Of a DNA stretch of 64,000 bases, positions 25,775 through 47,050 are shown piece after piece. The notes under the pieces are model-generated. The model did not search any database, was not told the origin of the DNA, and worked only from the letters and a program-made list of their open reading frames with translations. Position numbers and translations under genes: made by a program. Source of the DNA: Tubiluchus corallicola. Taxonomy: Eukaryota > Animalia > Priapulida. The number at the start of each line of letters is the position of its first letter. Within the stretch, counting starts at the first letter, position 1. The stretch covers positions 62,001-126,000 of the forward strand of contig JAQGDQ010000098.1 in the NCBI GenBank assembly GCA_030141605.1, written 5' to 3'.

Positions 25775-26556
25775 AAACCGAAGACAAATTTTCATCATCT
25801 GAATCGAAACTGATTTTTTATTCTGGGGGGCTACCAAACGGAAACTTAACCAAATGATCGGCTGTGCTGCCAAACCGAATTCTGAATTTTATTTGGAATA
25901 CCGGACAGAAGTCAAACTGAATTTTTTATCTAAACTGAACCGAATAATTCCAACTGAAAAGATTTACAAACTCTGTAGTGTTTTATCATTTTATGTTAGT
26001 GGCGTTTGGTGAGTTCTGTAATATTGTTGTGATTACTAAATCTGTGTTTGTTTAATGTTATGTAGTAAAGTATTAAATGTTTTAAAAGCAGCTCTAATTA
26101 TTTCAAAGGCTGTTCAAACTATTTTGTATAATCAAAAAAGAAAAAAACTAAATTTAAGCAAAATTGCAATAGCATAATTGTTTACTAGCTCGAGTTCTTA
26201 TTGATTTTATTTCTTCGTGTATAAGCGAATACAGCAGTGCTATGTTGTTGCACATTGGCATGACTTGCGTACCAACAGTGCTTCATATTCTTCGAGTTAT
26301 CATACAGAAACAAAACAAATTGTCAGCTGTTATGCCGTGTTTTCCATTTGCTATCAGCTTTTTTCAGACAAATTTTTGTATGCATTATCGGTTTGTTTAA
26401 TCTAATTTTCACTGAATCGGACAATTATTAAAAAGTAACTTCGGTATATTGAAGGTTCACTGAATCTTTAGTAATTAAAACCGAAGTTTACCGGACCAGA
26501 TTTTATACTGATATTCTGGGAAAAAAAATTGGTGCTTCGAATATTCGGAGACCTCT
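25775..26556. mobile_element. Degenerate MITE with AACCGAA/TTCGGT subterminal repeats
   Basis: Clustered ACCGAA-like motifs at the left, TTCGG motifs and a CGAATATTCG palindrome ending CCTCTA at the right; left TIR not clear. Confidence 0.4.
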
Positions 26557-28035
26557 AGTTGAATAAGCTAACAAAATGACTTGTACCAGTGACAAAGAAG
26601 CTATCAAGACATCAGCTGTGCAGCTAGGATCCCAGCATGCTTCAGTTGCTCCAAAATGTTCAGTTATTCATGAAATAATATAATTTATTCTTGCAAAGTT
26701 TTTTGCTCATTCATTTACAAAATGTGACGCTTTCATAAAACTCGCTTCGGGTTCTAGTATCAGCTGTAGTATCTGCAGAGTGTTTAAATTTCCAAGTTTT
26801 GCATGGTGCTAATCAATACCTGATATCTGTGTACAATAAAACTCTATACTTGCAGATGATGTGTAAAATTTCGAGATCAGTTTTTAGCTGCATGTAAAAA
26901 TTTACCGATCTTCTGATTCTTTTCCTTTAAAAGGTTTCTCTACATTGTAACAGATGATACTACACCATACACAACCATTTCGGATTTGATGGCCTCTCAT
27001 GCTGGAGATAGAAACAATATAAAGCTGGTTTATCTGATGGCATTCTGCCATTCTTGAAGTAAATGGCTGTTATGTCTTAACCAGTTAGCTTCCATATCTC
27101 CAGGATCAAGACCAGTAATGAATAATCAATGTCAAACTTCCTGGCTTCTTGTTATTCAGTCTAGTACAGAAGCATTGTGCTTGGCGTGTTTGTAGTAATC
27201 TAATGCTAGGTTGTAAATGGACAATAGACATATTAGACCATATGTAAAGTGATTTTGCCTCTTAGCAATTTTGTTTAGATATCTCTTACTTGTGCTTGGT
27301 GATCTTACATAAATGAAAATTGAATGTAAAGTTAGGAGACATTTAGGTGAGGACATAAACAAATAAATAGATGGTGACTCGACTAAGAAGTCATAAACTG
27401 TTTTTGTTTTCGTTCTTCTATCCTGTTCATCTTTAGTTTGGATTCAGTTTCATTTTTTATGAAAGCATTTTAAATTGGAGTAGTACTATTCATTTAAATT
27501 AGCCCAACAACAATTGTACCTGACATGATTGTCTGGATTTAATAGCGCAGTTTCTTAAAGCTAGGTGGTTGCCTGTCTGTAGAATGTGGACGAAAGCTTA
27601 GATAGCTTTGATAAGTGGATGGTCTAGTTTCTCCAATCTTCCGTGGTAGCAAGTCTCGGATTGCAGGATTGTATTCATCTAGCAGTCTTGAGACCATATA
27701 TGGGCCATCTTTATGGCTTTAAATAAAACAAGATCAGGAGTTCGCACCATCGGAGGCCCATGCTCCGGAATTCCGTCTGTACATTCCTTCCAAATGTTGG
27801 CAGCCAAAGTGATTTTAAGAAAGATACCTTCAGAAAATCCTTCAGATTTTCCTTTTAAAAAATGCAAGTAACATCGCTTTCGGCTTCAGCCCTTACTTCT
27901 AATGTTAGAACAAGAACTCTTGAGTACTAGGGCTTTGTGTACTCCTTACCTTTCTCATTTGAATGTTCCCTTGGTAAAACATAAGAGTGTACAGTACTTT
28001 AAGCTAACATACGTTAAAATGCCTGTGGTTTTCTT

Positions 28036-28135
28036 NNNNNNNNNNNNNNNNNNNNNNNNNNNNNNNNNNNNNNNNNNNNNNNNNNNNNNNNNNNNNNNNN
28101 NNNNNNNNNNNNNNNNNNNNNNNNNNNNNNNNNNN
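28036..28135. other. Assembly gap (100 N)
   Basis: Run of exactly 100 N, the usual placeholder for a gap of unknown size. Confidence 0.99.
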
Positions 28136-31100
28136 TGTTACAAAGTTTTTTCTTGTACTTCCGTCATGTTTCATGTACTTTAGTCGTGTTTCAAAAACTT
28201 AATAAAAATTCATGATATTAATCAAACTGACTTTACACTTCATTTCGAAATGGAGATAGCCTTACATTGACAAATGCGCTAGATATACCAGTATATATAC
28301 AGCTTACTTCTGTCCGTGCAAAGATTTTTGCCAGTTTTTTAAATATGACATGGCTATCAGCAATGTTTAAACTACATTTTGACTGCAACCATATTTCGCT
28401 TTAAGTTCTGCTTTACACACAGCCTTTAAGGAATTTGGCGAAATCAGCTTTTCTGATTCATCCGATGTCAAACATCTTGCTTTTTTCATGAAAGAACATT
28501 TGATCTGCACTTGATTCGGACTTATTCAGAGTAATTCAGACTTATGTTTTGTTCACTTTCATGCTCAGTGTTAACGTGGCCAGTGTTTTATTCCCTTTGC
28601 CAATCGACTACCGCTTGTAAAGCAATAGTATGCAAATGTAATATTTGGATTGGACGGGCCCAAGTGGTTCAGAATCAATAAGACTGTCGGATGAAGGTTT
28701 ATTTAACATCATAGTGAGTAGTAGTGTGAGAGAAAGTACTCACTGCTTCCTTGGTATGGTTTACTGGGGGATCGAACCACATTGAAGTCCTCTAAATTGG
28801 CGGAGAATTTGCAAGGTTGTAATACACCATAATTGTCCGGAAAAAATGTGAAATGCTGGGTAATTGTGAGCATTTTATTTTCAGTGTCGTTTGCTCTGAC
28901 TATTTGCCTCCTATTATGATCAGTGCCTAAAGATACGTGTTTGTGCTGAATTGATTGTAAATGTCAGTTTGTTGTGCGCATTGGTTTTGGGGTGCTCACT
29001 GATTGTATTCGTGCCCTGGAAGGATCAGATGCTCATAATGATTGAGATTTCATTTGCAATTGAAATTTTTGAATCTCAAAAATTTGAATCCATTTTTGTA
29101 CTATTTGCTTGGCAAAAATGGCAACTAAGAATGATAGTTTAACTTTGTCACTGTCAGGCAAAATTTGAATGATTAAAAAGGATCATTAAAAAGGATGCAA
29201 AATTTGTTACATTACTTTTTTACGTGTGGACGTAACAAAATGAATTTCCGTTATTGTATTGCAGGCACACTTAGCATTCTCCACATGTAATAGTAAATAT
29301 TTAGCCTTCCTTTAATTTTTGTACGCTACATTAGCCAGTCTGGGAAAAACAAGCGTGGACTATATACAGTTGACATAAACAATACTGAACGTCCTACATT
29401 TCAGCAGTGGAAGCATTTATGAAGCTCAGCTTGAACGCTCGCTCCCCCCGCTGAGAAATGAGAATGTGGTTTCATGAGCCACCATCTCAACCCGTATGTT
29501 AGAGTGGTATAGCAGCTTTGTGTGCTGGCTCAGCTTCAAGCACATGCTACGTTGGTCCTGATGCTGAGTGACGCGCATCCTTGGCGTGCCAACTTCATGA
29601 GTGGTGGTTTAAAACAGTTTATCTTGGATAGACACGTTGTGAATGCAGGCTCTATAACTATACATGAATGTGCAAAATTTTACAAGCGTAATTATATAAT
29701 TTGAGTGAATTGGTCACAAAAAGATAAGGGGTAGCAGCGCTTTTGAAAAATCTGGGACAAGTTTTATGTGAAAAAGTTTTAAAGACTATTACCCATTACT
29801 CATAGGTAAGATACATATTCTTTAAAGTTTTGTTTGTCTTTGTGAATATATTATTGTAAATTACACGTGAAATAATTAGTCTTGCCTGAGTACTCGGTTT
29901 TTATTCGGCTTTTCTTTCAATTATTTGAGATGTAATGGAGTCGCCGTCTTTCTTGTTGCTGTGAATCTTGCGCGCTATTAATTATTTCTATTTATGACAG
30001 TAACATGACTTACCAAGGTGACATTGGACAGTGGACAATGATTTATAAATGCATATATGAAGCCTGGTGCTTCTGAATAAACCTGTCGTATGTATGTGAA
30101 CGAAGCTTTATTTTTGCTTTGATTGCTGTTTCGAGTCACTAAGTTATCAGTTAACTTTCGCAATATCTGTCTACATTATTGAGTCGTATGAGTCTCTGAG
30201 TCATCTGTACCAGTATGGCTGTATACGTTTTTAGTCACAGAGTAACTGTAAGCTTTCGCAATATTTCTATATGACTGTACATTGACAGGACGACATCCTG
30301 CTATATTTAACAGGAAGTTCGCCTCCTGTAGCCTGACAAATCACCCGTAATCTTGCTAAAATAAAACACCTATCCTCATAAAAATAGTCATTAGGATACT
30401 GACAAGGTTAGGCGCATTCCCCCATAATTTAACCATTAGGTTTAATGCGTTTTATTGCAGTCGAACGGCAAGCGTGCAAACAGAATTAATATTTCACGGT
30501 GACGTGGGTAAGAAGCGCTATTGCTCTATTACTGTGCCTATATTGATTGCAAAGTTATCAATACATGTAATATTATCGTCGTCCTCAACAAGTGCAGTAA
30601 AGCCCTTCGTGAATGTTTTCTCCCTGAGTCGTTCGTCCGGATGAGTATTGACAAGGCAGCTAGCCTTAATTGATAGCGCAAATGTTCGAAAAATCTACTG
30701 CCGAAGACACCGAATCTTCTTCGATAAGAGCGTCGAAAAAGAAGTCCACAAACTGGAAATTAGAGATGAAAACAATAAGAGTTTTTGTGTTACTGCTAGC
30801 AAACCGCTTTCCGACGAGGTTTAAAAACTATCCGAACACAACAAGAGGCTTTGTTATGGATCTTCGATCTGCGAAACTTTATAAGGATTGAAATTACTGG
30901 GGAGGAGGAGTTTCTTTAGGTTTTGTTAGTTTTAGGAATAAAAACACATAAGCGATTAACTCCAAATGACCTATGTCAACACAATTATAAAACTATTCAG
31001 ACAATCTGCAGTTCACGATAGCTTAATTTTTTCATGGCAAATTTTCAATTTGTGTTGAGCTTTTGGTGAAAATTTCAAGCCGGTAATAGTCTTCAGCGAT

Positions 31101-31457
31101 TTATATTCTAGAAATATTTGTTTCTTTAAAGTCGACAAGCAACAAAATTCAAGTTTCTTTTTAACTAATTAGCCAGTGATTTCAGTCTACGTGTAGATCC
31201 TAGTATATATTGACCTCTTTCTAGGCGGGTAAATGCCCTATTTGCATAACACTAGGCTACCTCTAAAATAGTCGTGGAATTTCATTACTGACCTACTTTG
31301 CGGAAAAATATGTCGAAGAACCAGGCTTCTGTTAACCATTTCGTTAGTCCACTTGTTGATGATGAATTATATCTTTGAATTGACGAGAAAAGAAATGATG
31401 TATTGAACTGTTCGTATTGTGTACACAGTTTCAATTGTCTAAGAAAAAGTTTGGCTA

Positions 31458-31568
31458 GAGTTTAAAATTCCCCACAAACAAGAAATTAGCTCGTGAAGCG
31501 GATTAGGGTAGGGTTGGATTTAGGGTTAGGGTTAGGGTATTTAAATTGCGTGTGGAATTGAGAACTCC
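31458..31568. mobile_element. ~110-bp inverted-repeat element with internal TTAGGG repeats (second copy at 38449-38559)
   Basis: Degenerate TIR GAGTTtaaAATTCCcCAC / GTGtGGAATTgagAACTC enclosing three tandem TTAGGG plus variants. Confidence 0.45.
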
Positions 31569-32189
31569 TTCCAAAAGTTTTTGACCTCAAGATTTCAATG
31601 GATTTTTTTTGTCTGCACCTCTTACAGAACGTCATGCCAGTAAAGAGGAGAGACATTTGAAATGGAGATACATGTAGTTGGGAAATGTGTACATTTGACT
31701 GAAGCACGGGCTATCAGTAAGCGAGTGGGATCATATGGCTAGGCCGCTAGGGTGACGGGTCAGCTTAACATTGAAAATTGTTGTTTGTTCTTACCTTCTT
31801 ATGCATCAGAAACACTTCCGTTAATAAAATAGGCTCAGCTTATTAACTCAAATAACTATAGTTAAGGGCATGAGCTTACAAAGTATGAATCTGAAATTAG
31901 TACTGACAGTGACACTGTTTCATGTAAGGCAGACGTTTGGACAGTAGAGGTAATATCAATCTGACTTTTGGCTAACACCTAAGGATAGACTGATAGCAGA
32001 TTAAAAAAAGTAGATTAGAGCAAAGCGAAGACAGACTAATATATAATCAGACAAAAGCTGTTAGTGTCTTTCACTTGTGCTTTTCAGACAAGAAGGTGAC
32101 TGCAGGACGGTGCCTGTTAATCAGATCTCATTAGTTTTTGTCTTTAGCATAATGACTAGTGCGCAGTAGATCTTAAGTATACAGAATCT

Positions 32190-32420
<231 letters not shown>

Positions 32421-35123
32421 GTTAACCTTTGTTCAAATTTTATAATGCCTGAATAATATTTGCTATTCAGTTTTCTCAGCAGTTTTTGTAAATTCATTTT
32501 AGTGGAAATAATTTTTCATTTTCTTTGAATACGTGCTGCTGTTTCATGACGTTGTTTTTTCCAGGAAGCTCTTTGTGAAACATCAGTCACTTTTATATTT
32601 TTCCTGTCTCTAGATTCAAGTCTTGTTTAATGTAATTGTTCATTGTCTGGCAAATTCTGTGGCGAATCCAGCAACATAGGGAATTTCACTACACGTGCAC
32701 AGCACACTTTGCAATTGTATTCTGCAGGTTTTTTACGACCATTTGTTATAAATTATAATAACTTTGAAATAGTATTAACGAGGTTGGTGTAAAATGTCAT
32801 GTCAGTGGTATAATAATGATCTTGCATTTTCTTTGTTTAAACTGTGTTCTTTATTATTATTATATATAATATATATAATAGTACAAATACTATTTCAAAT
32901 GCAAAAGATATGTCAAGATGATTTAAAATTTGTTATAAAATCAACAAGAAATTGTTTTTATTTTAAACACCACTTTTCTTTCCTCTTACATCAGTACGCA
33001 TAAATAGTGGCTCACCTATTACATATCGTTTAAGAAGAATTCTGCGTACTGTAACCAAACATCTTAAACATAGTAAATAATATGGCAAAAATGTGTATGT
33101 TTCAGTTTGGAGTAGATAAATTGCGTGTTAAGGTTTGCGGTGACGTTGTAAATTATTTTAGACGATACAGCATGAGTTAATTAGTATTGTGTATAAACTG
33201 TTTAGTGTGTTTTGTTTTTATTTTTCCTTTCGTAAAAGAAATGACTCGTGACGGCATATCCAAAAACTTGTGGCAACTGCTTGTTAATGAGTCAAGCTAC
33301 CGCACAGTTATATCATGCGGCTGGCGTGAGACATGAGGTCCCCCCCGTGCGAACACGTGAACCGGATTCTCGCATGCCGGTAATCAGATGTTGTGCGGGC
33401 TGGGTAATATGCCGATATAGAAAATCTATCTTCAAAAATATACAGAGAAGCTAAATATTCTTTAAGCTTTGTATAAGATGAATATGGTCTATTCTGAATT
33501 ATATGCAGCCGCGTAATGTAAGCGGTATTCGTATAAAAATCATGTATACTCCTTGCACGCCGTACGTTCGCGCGCATTTTTTGCAAATGCAAGTATTCAT
33601 ACTCATCACTCCCTGAGTATATTTTTCTCCTAACTGACTGATCTATAGGAGGAGGATTTCGCAAAAAAGAGAGAGCCTTTGAAAATGATTAAGACAGATC
33701 TACACTGTGTTTAGGATGTTTTTGCAGGCCAGTTTGTTTCCCTCAAGGCAAAATGATACATTGTTTATTCTGCGTTTCAGAACATAATTTATCGGTATTG
33801 CCCATCTAAAAGTTCCTTCACCTTTTTTGAAAAAAATCAAGCACTGTGCAAATATTGCTGTGTGAAAGCTGCAAGAGTTTTCATGCTAAGATTAGGTGCA
33901 GTCTTTGCATGGCTGTTTTCAAATTTTGGCTGCTTTGTCTGCTTTTAAACGTTTGTGTAGTTCAGCCTGGTTGTTTAGATAGTAGTCGGCTGTTTTTAAA
34001 CATTTAGTTCATTTGAATGATTTTTTATTGGAACACCTACTGTTTGTTTCATAATGGTACACCACATTTCTTTAGTAAGTTTCCTTTGTGAATTTAAAAT
34101 ATCTCACAAAAAATTGAAAAATATCTCACACTGTTTCAGTATAATGCTTCATGTTTTAGGTAAATGAAAAAAAGGCACTGAAAGTCACTAAATTTTTTAT
34201 TTACAAACTTAAATTTAATTATACAGCGATTAATTTAATTATAGTTTACTTGTAAATTTTTTAACTGTGAGCTTCATTTTTGTAAGCCTTTTCAATTTAT
34301 AAATATGTATTTGACACATCAAATTAAACCATCCAAATAAAACATGCAGAAAAAAGCCAAAAAGTGTTTGGGAATCTTTGGTAATGAATACTAAAATTTT
34401 TTCTATAAAATCCTAAAATCAACTGTTCAAATAACATGTACCATTTTTTTTCTTGTTCTGGAGACTCCATCTGACTGCGGTTTCGTCTGGCGTGAATGTA
34501 TCAAGTTTTGAAGCGGATACAGTATACAGTAAGTCACTAATCCCACTTGAAAGTCGTGAAACTAGATTAGATTAGTATGTAGAGCGTATGGATGGTCTCT
34601 CTGCTGGGAGCCTGATTGGGTTTTACATCATTCGCTCCCAGTTATATTGCTTTGGGATTCATTAACGTAATTGTTGCCTGTCATGGAACGGATCTGAATA
34701 TTCATAAGGGTGTTGCTGCGAAGCACACGAATTGTTTTAATATCTCTCTGTTTCCTGATGATTGTGAGAGAGATTGCTGACCTTTCGAGTTGATGAGGCG
34801 TTGAAATTTGCCGCACTTTCGTTCTTTCTGTCGTAAGCATTCAGAATATCAACGCTACTGTGGCATGGAATAATGTATGGACACTGTTTTGCTAAAGTCC
34901 ACAAAGGCAGAGGTTGTTTTTTTTCAAGTTGTGTGATTTAAAGTTTGTTTGATTAATCAGCATTTGGTTTAGGATTGAAGTTGACCTCTCTTTTTAGCTT
35001 TAGAAGGGGTTGCTCTCCAGTATCCAACCCAAACTATTCAGGGGCTGACGCTGGTCGCACGAGTTGATTCTGTCAGAATTAGAATATTTCTGACGTATAA
35101 TTGGCTCACAACATCTAGGAATC

Positions 35124-42119
<6,996 letters not shown>

Positions 42120-44893
42120 TTGGGTGACATAGATGGTGGGTTATATTTTGTGACTTCTCTTCTAATACCTTATACATTTAGTTCTTTAGAAATAAATATT
42201 GCAAAATTCAGTATACTGTGGTCCTATTGGAGGTTGATAACTTCGCTAAGATTTTCTCCCTGACATAAATTGCAGAATGACTATATATATATTAGGAAGG
42301 AATTTTTGGGAGAGTTTGCGTTCCTTTCCTTGAGTAACTACACTACACTACACTTTGAGAAGAAACCTTGTATTTTCAAGGACTGGTTTGTACCCTGCAG
42401 CGTATTGTAATGGCTAGGGTTGTACATGTAGTTGTTCAGTTGCTGCATTCATTCATTGAATATTTCTGTGTAGTTAAAATGTGGAACGATGGAATGTGAG
42501 GTCGATCTATATTGTTTCCTACATCTTGTGTTAACTGTTTAGAATACATGCAGTGCTCGTGCATTTTTATTTTTTTTATTTCCTTGGTTAAAATTTACTA
42601 GCCAAACAACAAAACATTAAATTGTTCACGACCGCTTAAAATATTTCGGGCTCTTTTACAGTCAAACTGCATCGGCTTATGTCGCCACTGTAATCTCATG
42701 TAAGTGTGGTCTTGTTCCTGAGATGAAAGAAAGAGTACAAGTATGTAAATTTTATTCGTGCAACGTAACCTGGAAGATTGCGAGAAATTCGGGACGGACA
42801 GGTGTAGCAAACAGGACTCGGTTTGCTATATGCAAGTTGCTTTATTTATCTTTTGTGAATTACTCTCAGTAGCTTGATGTCTGACTGTTTTTTTGCCGCG
42901 CATTGGGTATACGCGTCCGTATCAGGTTTCTCAGCGCCATAGTCTGGGAAACACCGAGAGAGAGCGCCTCGCAGTTTTAGTATCCTCATTAAGATTCTTC
43001 AACTTGGCAAAGGCGTGCAATTGAAGAGAGTTGGAAAACATTTGGACTGTTTGATGCAGATCGTTATGGCAAGCCGAGATCAAGTAAATAATCGTTGCTT
43101 GTTTAGAGTTTTGCTTCGAGATGAGTGCCACGGCTAAAATTGGATATATGTTTGAGGGACTGGCTCCATAATGCCAAACGTATGAGGGACGAGCTCCTTG
43201 CGTTGTCATTTGCTAAACATCTGTTAACGTGCGACATGATGCTTGCTTGTTAGTAAGAAATGAAAATGTTTCCAAATTCTGGGGTTTGTTAGTCTTAAAC
43301 TTCTGGAATTATGAACAACAAATCAACTTCTTCATATAGAATACATGTACATATACATGTTTCGAGGCTATTATATAAAATAAAATCACGTACATTCCAG
43401 TTACTATGGTTTGTAGTTTCTGTGCTGGCATCAAGTAGGCCAACCAAGTCAAAATAATTGAATATTTGAAATTTTCGTAATGATTGAAACTTTGTAGTAA
43501 TGATATGTGAAAAATCTAATTAATGCATAGACGACAATTTTAACTAGATTACCTTGTTTCTGAAACGCTTCAACTCAATCATACAATTTAATCAGCACAG
43601 CATAAAGGCCTCATTGAACCTTGGCTTCACACATTAAAATGCATACATTGTCGTAATTGAGTCAGCATCATCAGAGCATGTCCGAAATTAATGAAAACTG
43701 CGAGGCTTAATGAGCATTGTCGCTCATATAAAATTTGCCGGTTTTGCAAGGAAATGGTCTGCTTCCATTGCGGCCTTGTGATTGGTTTTTGTCTGAATTT
43801 ACTGGGTATAAATTCGCCCATAAATGTCAATTATAAAATGTTGATTACAACGCTTCTGTCGTTTGCTGGTTTAGCAATTAAAAATATAAAACAGTCTGAC
43901 TGTTTTTTGGATTAGGTGTTGAGGAGACTTCATGTTATGCCAATGTTGCTGTTAATAAAAAAGTTTTTGTCAGGTAAATTTTAATCGAAGATTGCGCTTG
44001 CACTGTAGGCTAGTTGATTCGTTAAAATTGTCAATTCTACTTGATATTTTTTTATAATTATCGACTGATATTAATTAAATGATATATCAAATTTCAAGAT
44101 CTAGTAAACTCGATTGTAAACTAATTAAATTATATGATTTTATAGTATACAATAAATTCAGGAATATTTCATGAATTTTACCCAGGTTCGTTTTGACTTG
44201 TCCTGAGCCTGTGACTCACCAAGTAAAAACACTTTCTGCCTAAAGCATTTTCTAGTACATTACTATGGTAAGTGGTCTTCTATGTCTTGACACTTTAATT
44301 GTTTCATGAGCAAATGGGTGTAGCCTTATTTAGTGAAAATAAGCTTGTTCAAAACAGCTAGAGGCCATGGTGACTTTTGGGCCACTTGTAAAGGTGCACC
44401 ATCATGCGTGAGGCATAGACTATTAATTGTCTATATAGCCATTTATGAAAAATCATGTTGTCTTTGAAAATTCTAACTTTTGACAAAACACGACGCATCA
44501 GAACAGTAATACGGAAGCATGGAAGAAAGCAGTACTATGGGCAAATGCAAAGAAATCCAGTATTTCTCTTAGGATGTAGATTAAAGTAATTACTAGGTGC
44601 GCAATTGTATAATGAAAGTGAACTCACTCAAACTGAATTCACTAGAAATCGTGTAATTCATTTCAGGCTGACATTTTCTCAATCATGCCGCGTAGAAATA
44701 TATATGAACATTCGGTGCCTGTAAACTCAGGCTCACTATTTTGGTGCCCTCGACCTCGGTACCCACAACCTCACTATGCCTCGCCTCAGTATCTGCAACA
44801 AGGACGTTATTGTAAGCATGGTTATTTAGTTGTAGAAGATCAGAATCGACATGCAGCTGTGAATTTAGAAACGACTTTTTAAGAATGAGAATG

Positions 44894-44927
<34 letters not shown>
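44894..44927. repeat. (ATA)n microsatellite
   Basis: Direct inspection. Confidence 0.9.
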
Positions 44928-44932
<5 letters not shown>

Positions 44933-46473
44933 CTAGCCGTTTACTCGTTTTTCTCAAAGGCAACTACTTGTTTGAACAAATATAATGCTGTTTGACCATA
45001 AGCGTGTGAAGTGCTAGTCTGAGTTTCTTAACTGGCTTGCTTCAAAAGGCACAAAAACGCCTTGTTAGCTTATTTTTGGGTGGTTGATGGTTTGTTTGTC
45101 TTGGCTCAAGATCTGTCTTGTTTTGCCATTGAACTTTATACGCGCTTGTACGCTTTATGCTATTTCGGAAAAGTTCAGCAAAGGAGGGATTCTATTTTAA
45201 ACGTGGAAGAAGCTGCGGGAGTGTTTTTGTGGTTGTGCATAAATGTATAAATAAGCGAATGCCATTCGTAGAATCGCATAAATACAATGTTTACAGAAAA
45301 GGTCAAATGCTCCCTTGCTCTTGCTGAAGTGTTTCACTTTTTAATAATAGTTATTTTAGTCATACTGCTGACTCAAGCGCATGTCGCTATGGCCATTTCA
45401 AGGGTGAGTGCACATATAATAACGGAAATGACATTTTTATACTGTCGTCTTTAATGTAGGCAGCAAGACCAGGACCTAGCTAATTGTAAAGGATAATCCG
45501 TTAAGATGAGGTAGACATCCGGCAGCAATGTTTTACCTAAGGTCAGCTGCTTTAAACAAGGTGAATAGTCAGTGGCAGTACAATTGACGAAACAGCTTTC
45601 TTAGCGGTTACTAATCCATTTACTACGCAGGTTTAACCTTGGTTCCAGGCAAATATCGTGACAACTCAGCTGTTCATTCGCCCTAATGACCAGTTTCCCT
45701 TTTTCTATTAATTTGGTTTGCATTAGCATGGGAAAGACTTCTGTATGCAGTTTTGTCGCTGATTCTTCGTGCTGTTTTAGGTATCAGTTTTGTTTATTTT
45801 AATTAATCAGCTTCTCTGTGAGCTCGGTTCAGCAAGATGTAGCTCGCGTTGGTGTGAACTTTTTTCGCGTCGGTGTCTCGCATGGCACGTTGCTTGTCTT
45901 AACTGGGTATTTAATATGGTAGACTCAATCCGCCCGAACGCTTACCAATTCCATATGTGATTTATTTGCTATTATAATTCCAGACAGGATGCTGTCAAAT
46001 AAACGAGAGCGAAACTCGATAGTTGTATTGTACATTGTTATTGTTTGCGTGTTAGGAAGCCACGCACACTGTGAAGAAGCCAGATTCCCGTGGAATACAT
46101 TTGCCACCGTGGCGACTTCTGTTAAAAAGATGACATTTATTTCCAACTCAGAAATTGAGTCTTCTAAGTCTGCAGTAGATCAGCTAGCAGTTGATGAAAT
46201 TTGAAACTTTGCCAGCATCTACGAATATTTTACTTGAGTGTTTACAATTTTAGTATAGATCAAATGCATCATATACATGATTTTTCCATTGTAACAAGTG
46301 TATTGTCCTTTAGATTGATGAGGTATACCCCAATACCTGTTAGGCATTAGGCTTAAAAAAATTTGACTCTCTCGAACAAAACACGCTGAGAAGACACGAC
46401 AGTTTTTCCTTCCAAGTGTACGTGTAGCATTTTAACTAATGGCGACCGAGTAACCCTTTTTGTTACGAGGCAT

Positions 46474-47050
46474 TTAAAGTAAAACAGAATTATTTTTAAT
46501 GTCCTACCCCACTTTGAAGTGTGGCAAGTATACATTTTAACATGTATAAAAATGTCAAAGTTCTTCTGATAATTGAATAACAGGTTAAAAGCTTAATTTG
46601 CGGTCTGCGAGCTTAGCCAGTAATGACGTCAGAACTAAACATAATTTTCAATAGCACAAACTTTCCTTGAGCGTGTTACATGTTTGTGAAAGCAAAAATG
46701 TTTGTGAAGTACTGTAACCACCAGTGCTACTGCGCAACGTTTAATGTGATACACAAAACTCGGCACATTTTAAGTTTAAAAAATTAAATTTCAAGTTTAC
46801 TGATGTACTCACGTATGAGCTCTCGGGCGTGTGTGCTACGTTGCAACTGAACAGCACTTGAACTGAGCGCTACAGTACCCATCTAACTAGCAAATGGCAA
46901 AATGTATATAACAGTGAAGCTCTAGCTGCCCGAAAGCGAAATTACGTTTCTGGTAATTATTCATTCACTTAACTCATTCTTGAGAAAACAATATGCTTCC
47001 TTTCAGTTTAATCAGAACTGTAGTTTAAGATGAGGCCTTTTTTCCTTTAA
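46474..47050 (+). mobile_element. TTAA-flanked T2/Kolobok-like MITE, family A
   Basis: TTAAAGTAAAA...TTTTCCTTTAA ends; colinear similarity to 18341-18962. Confidence 0.7.
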
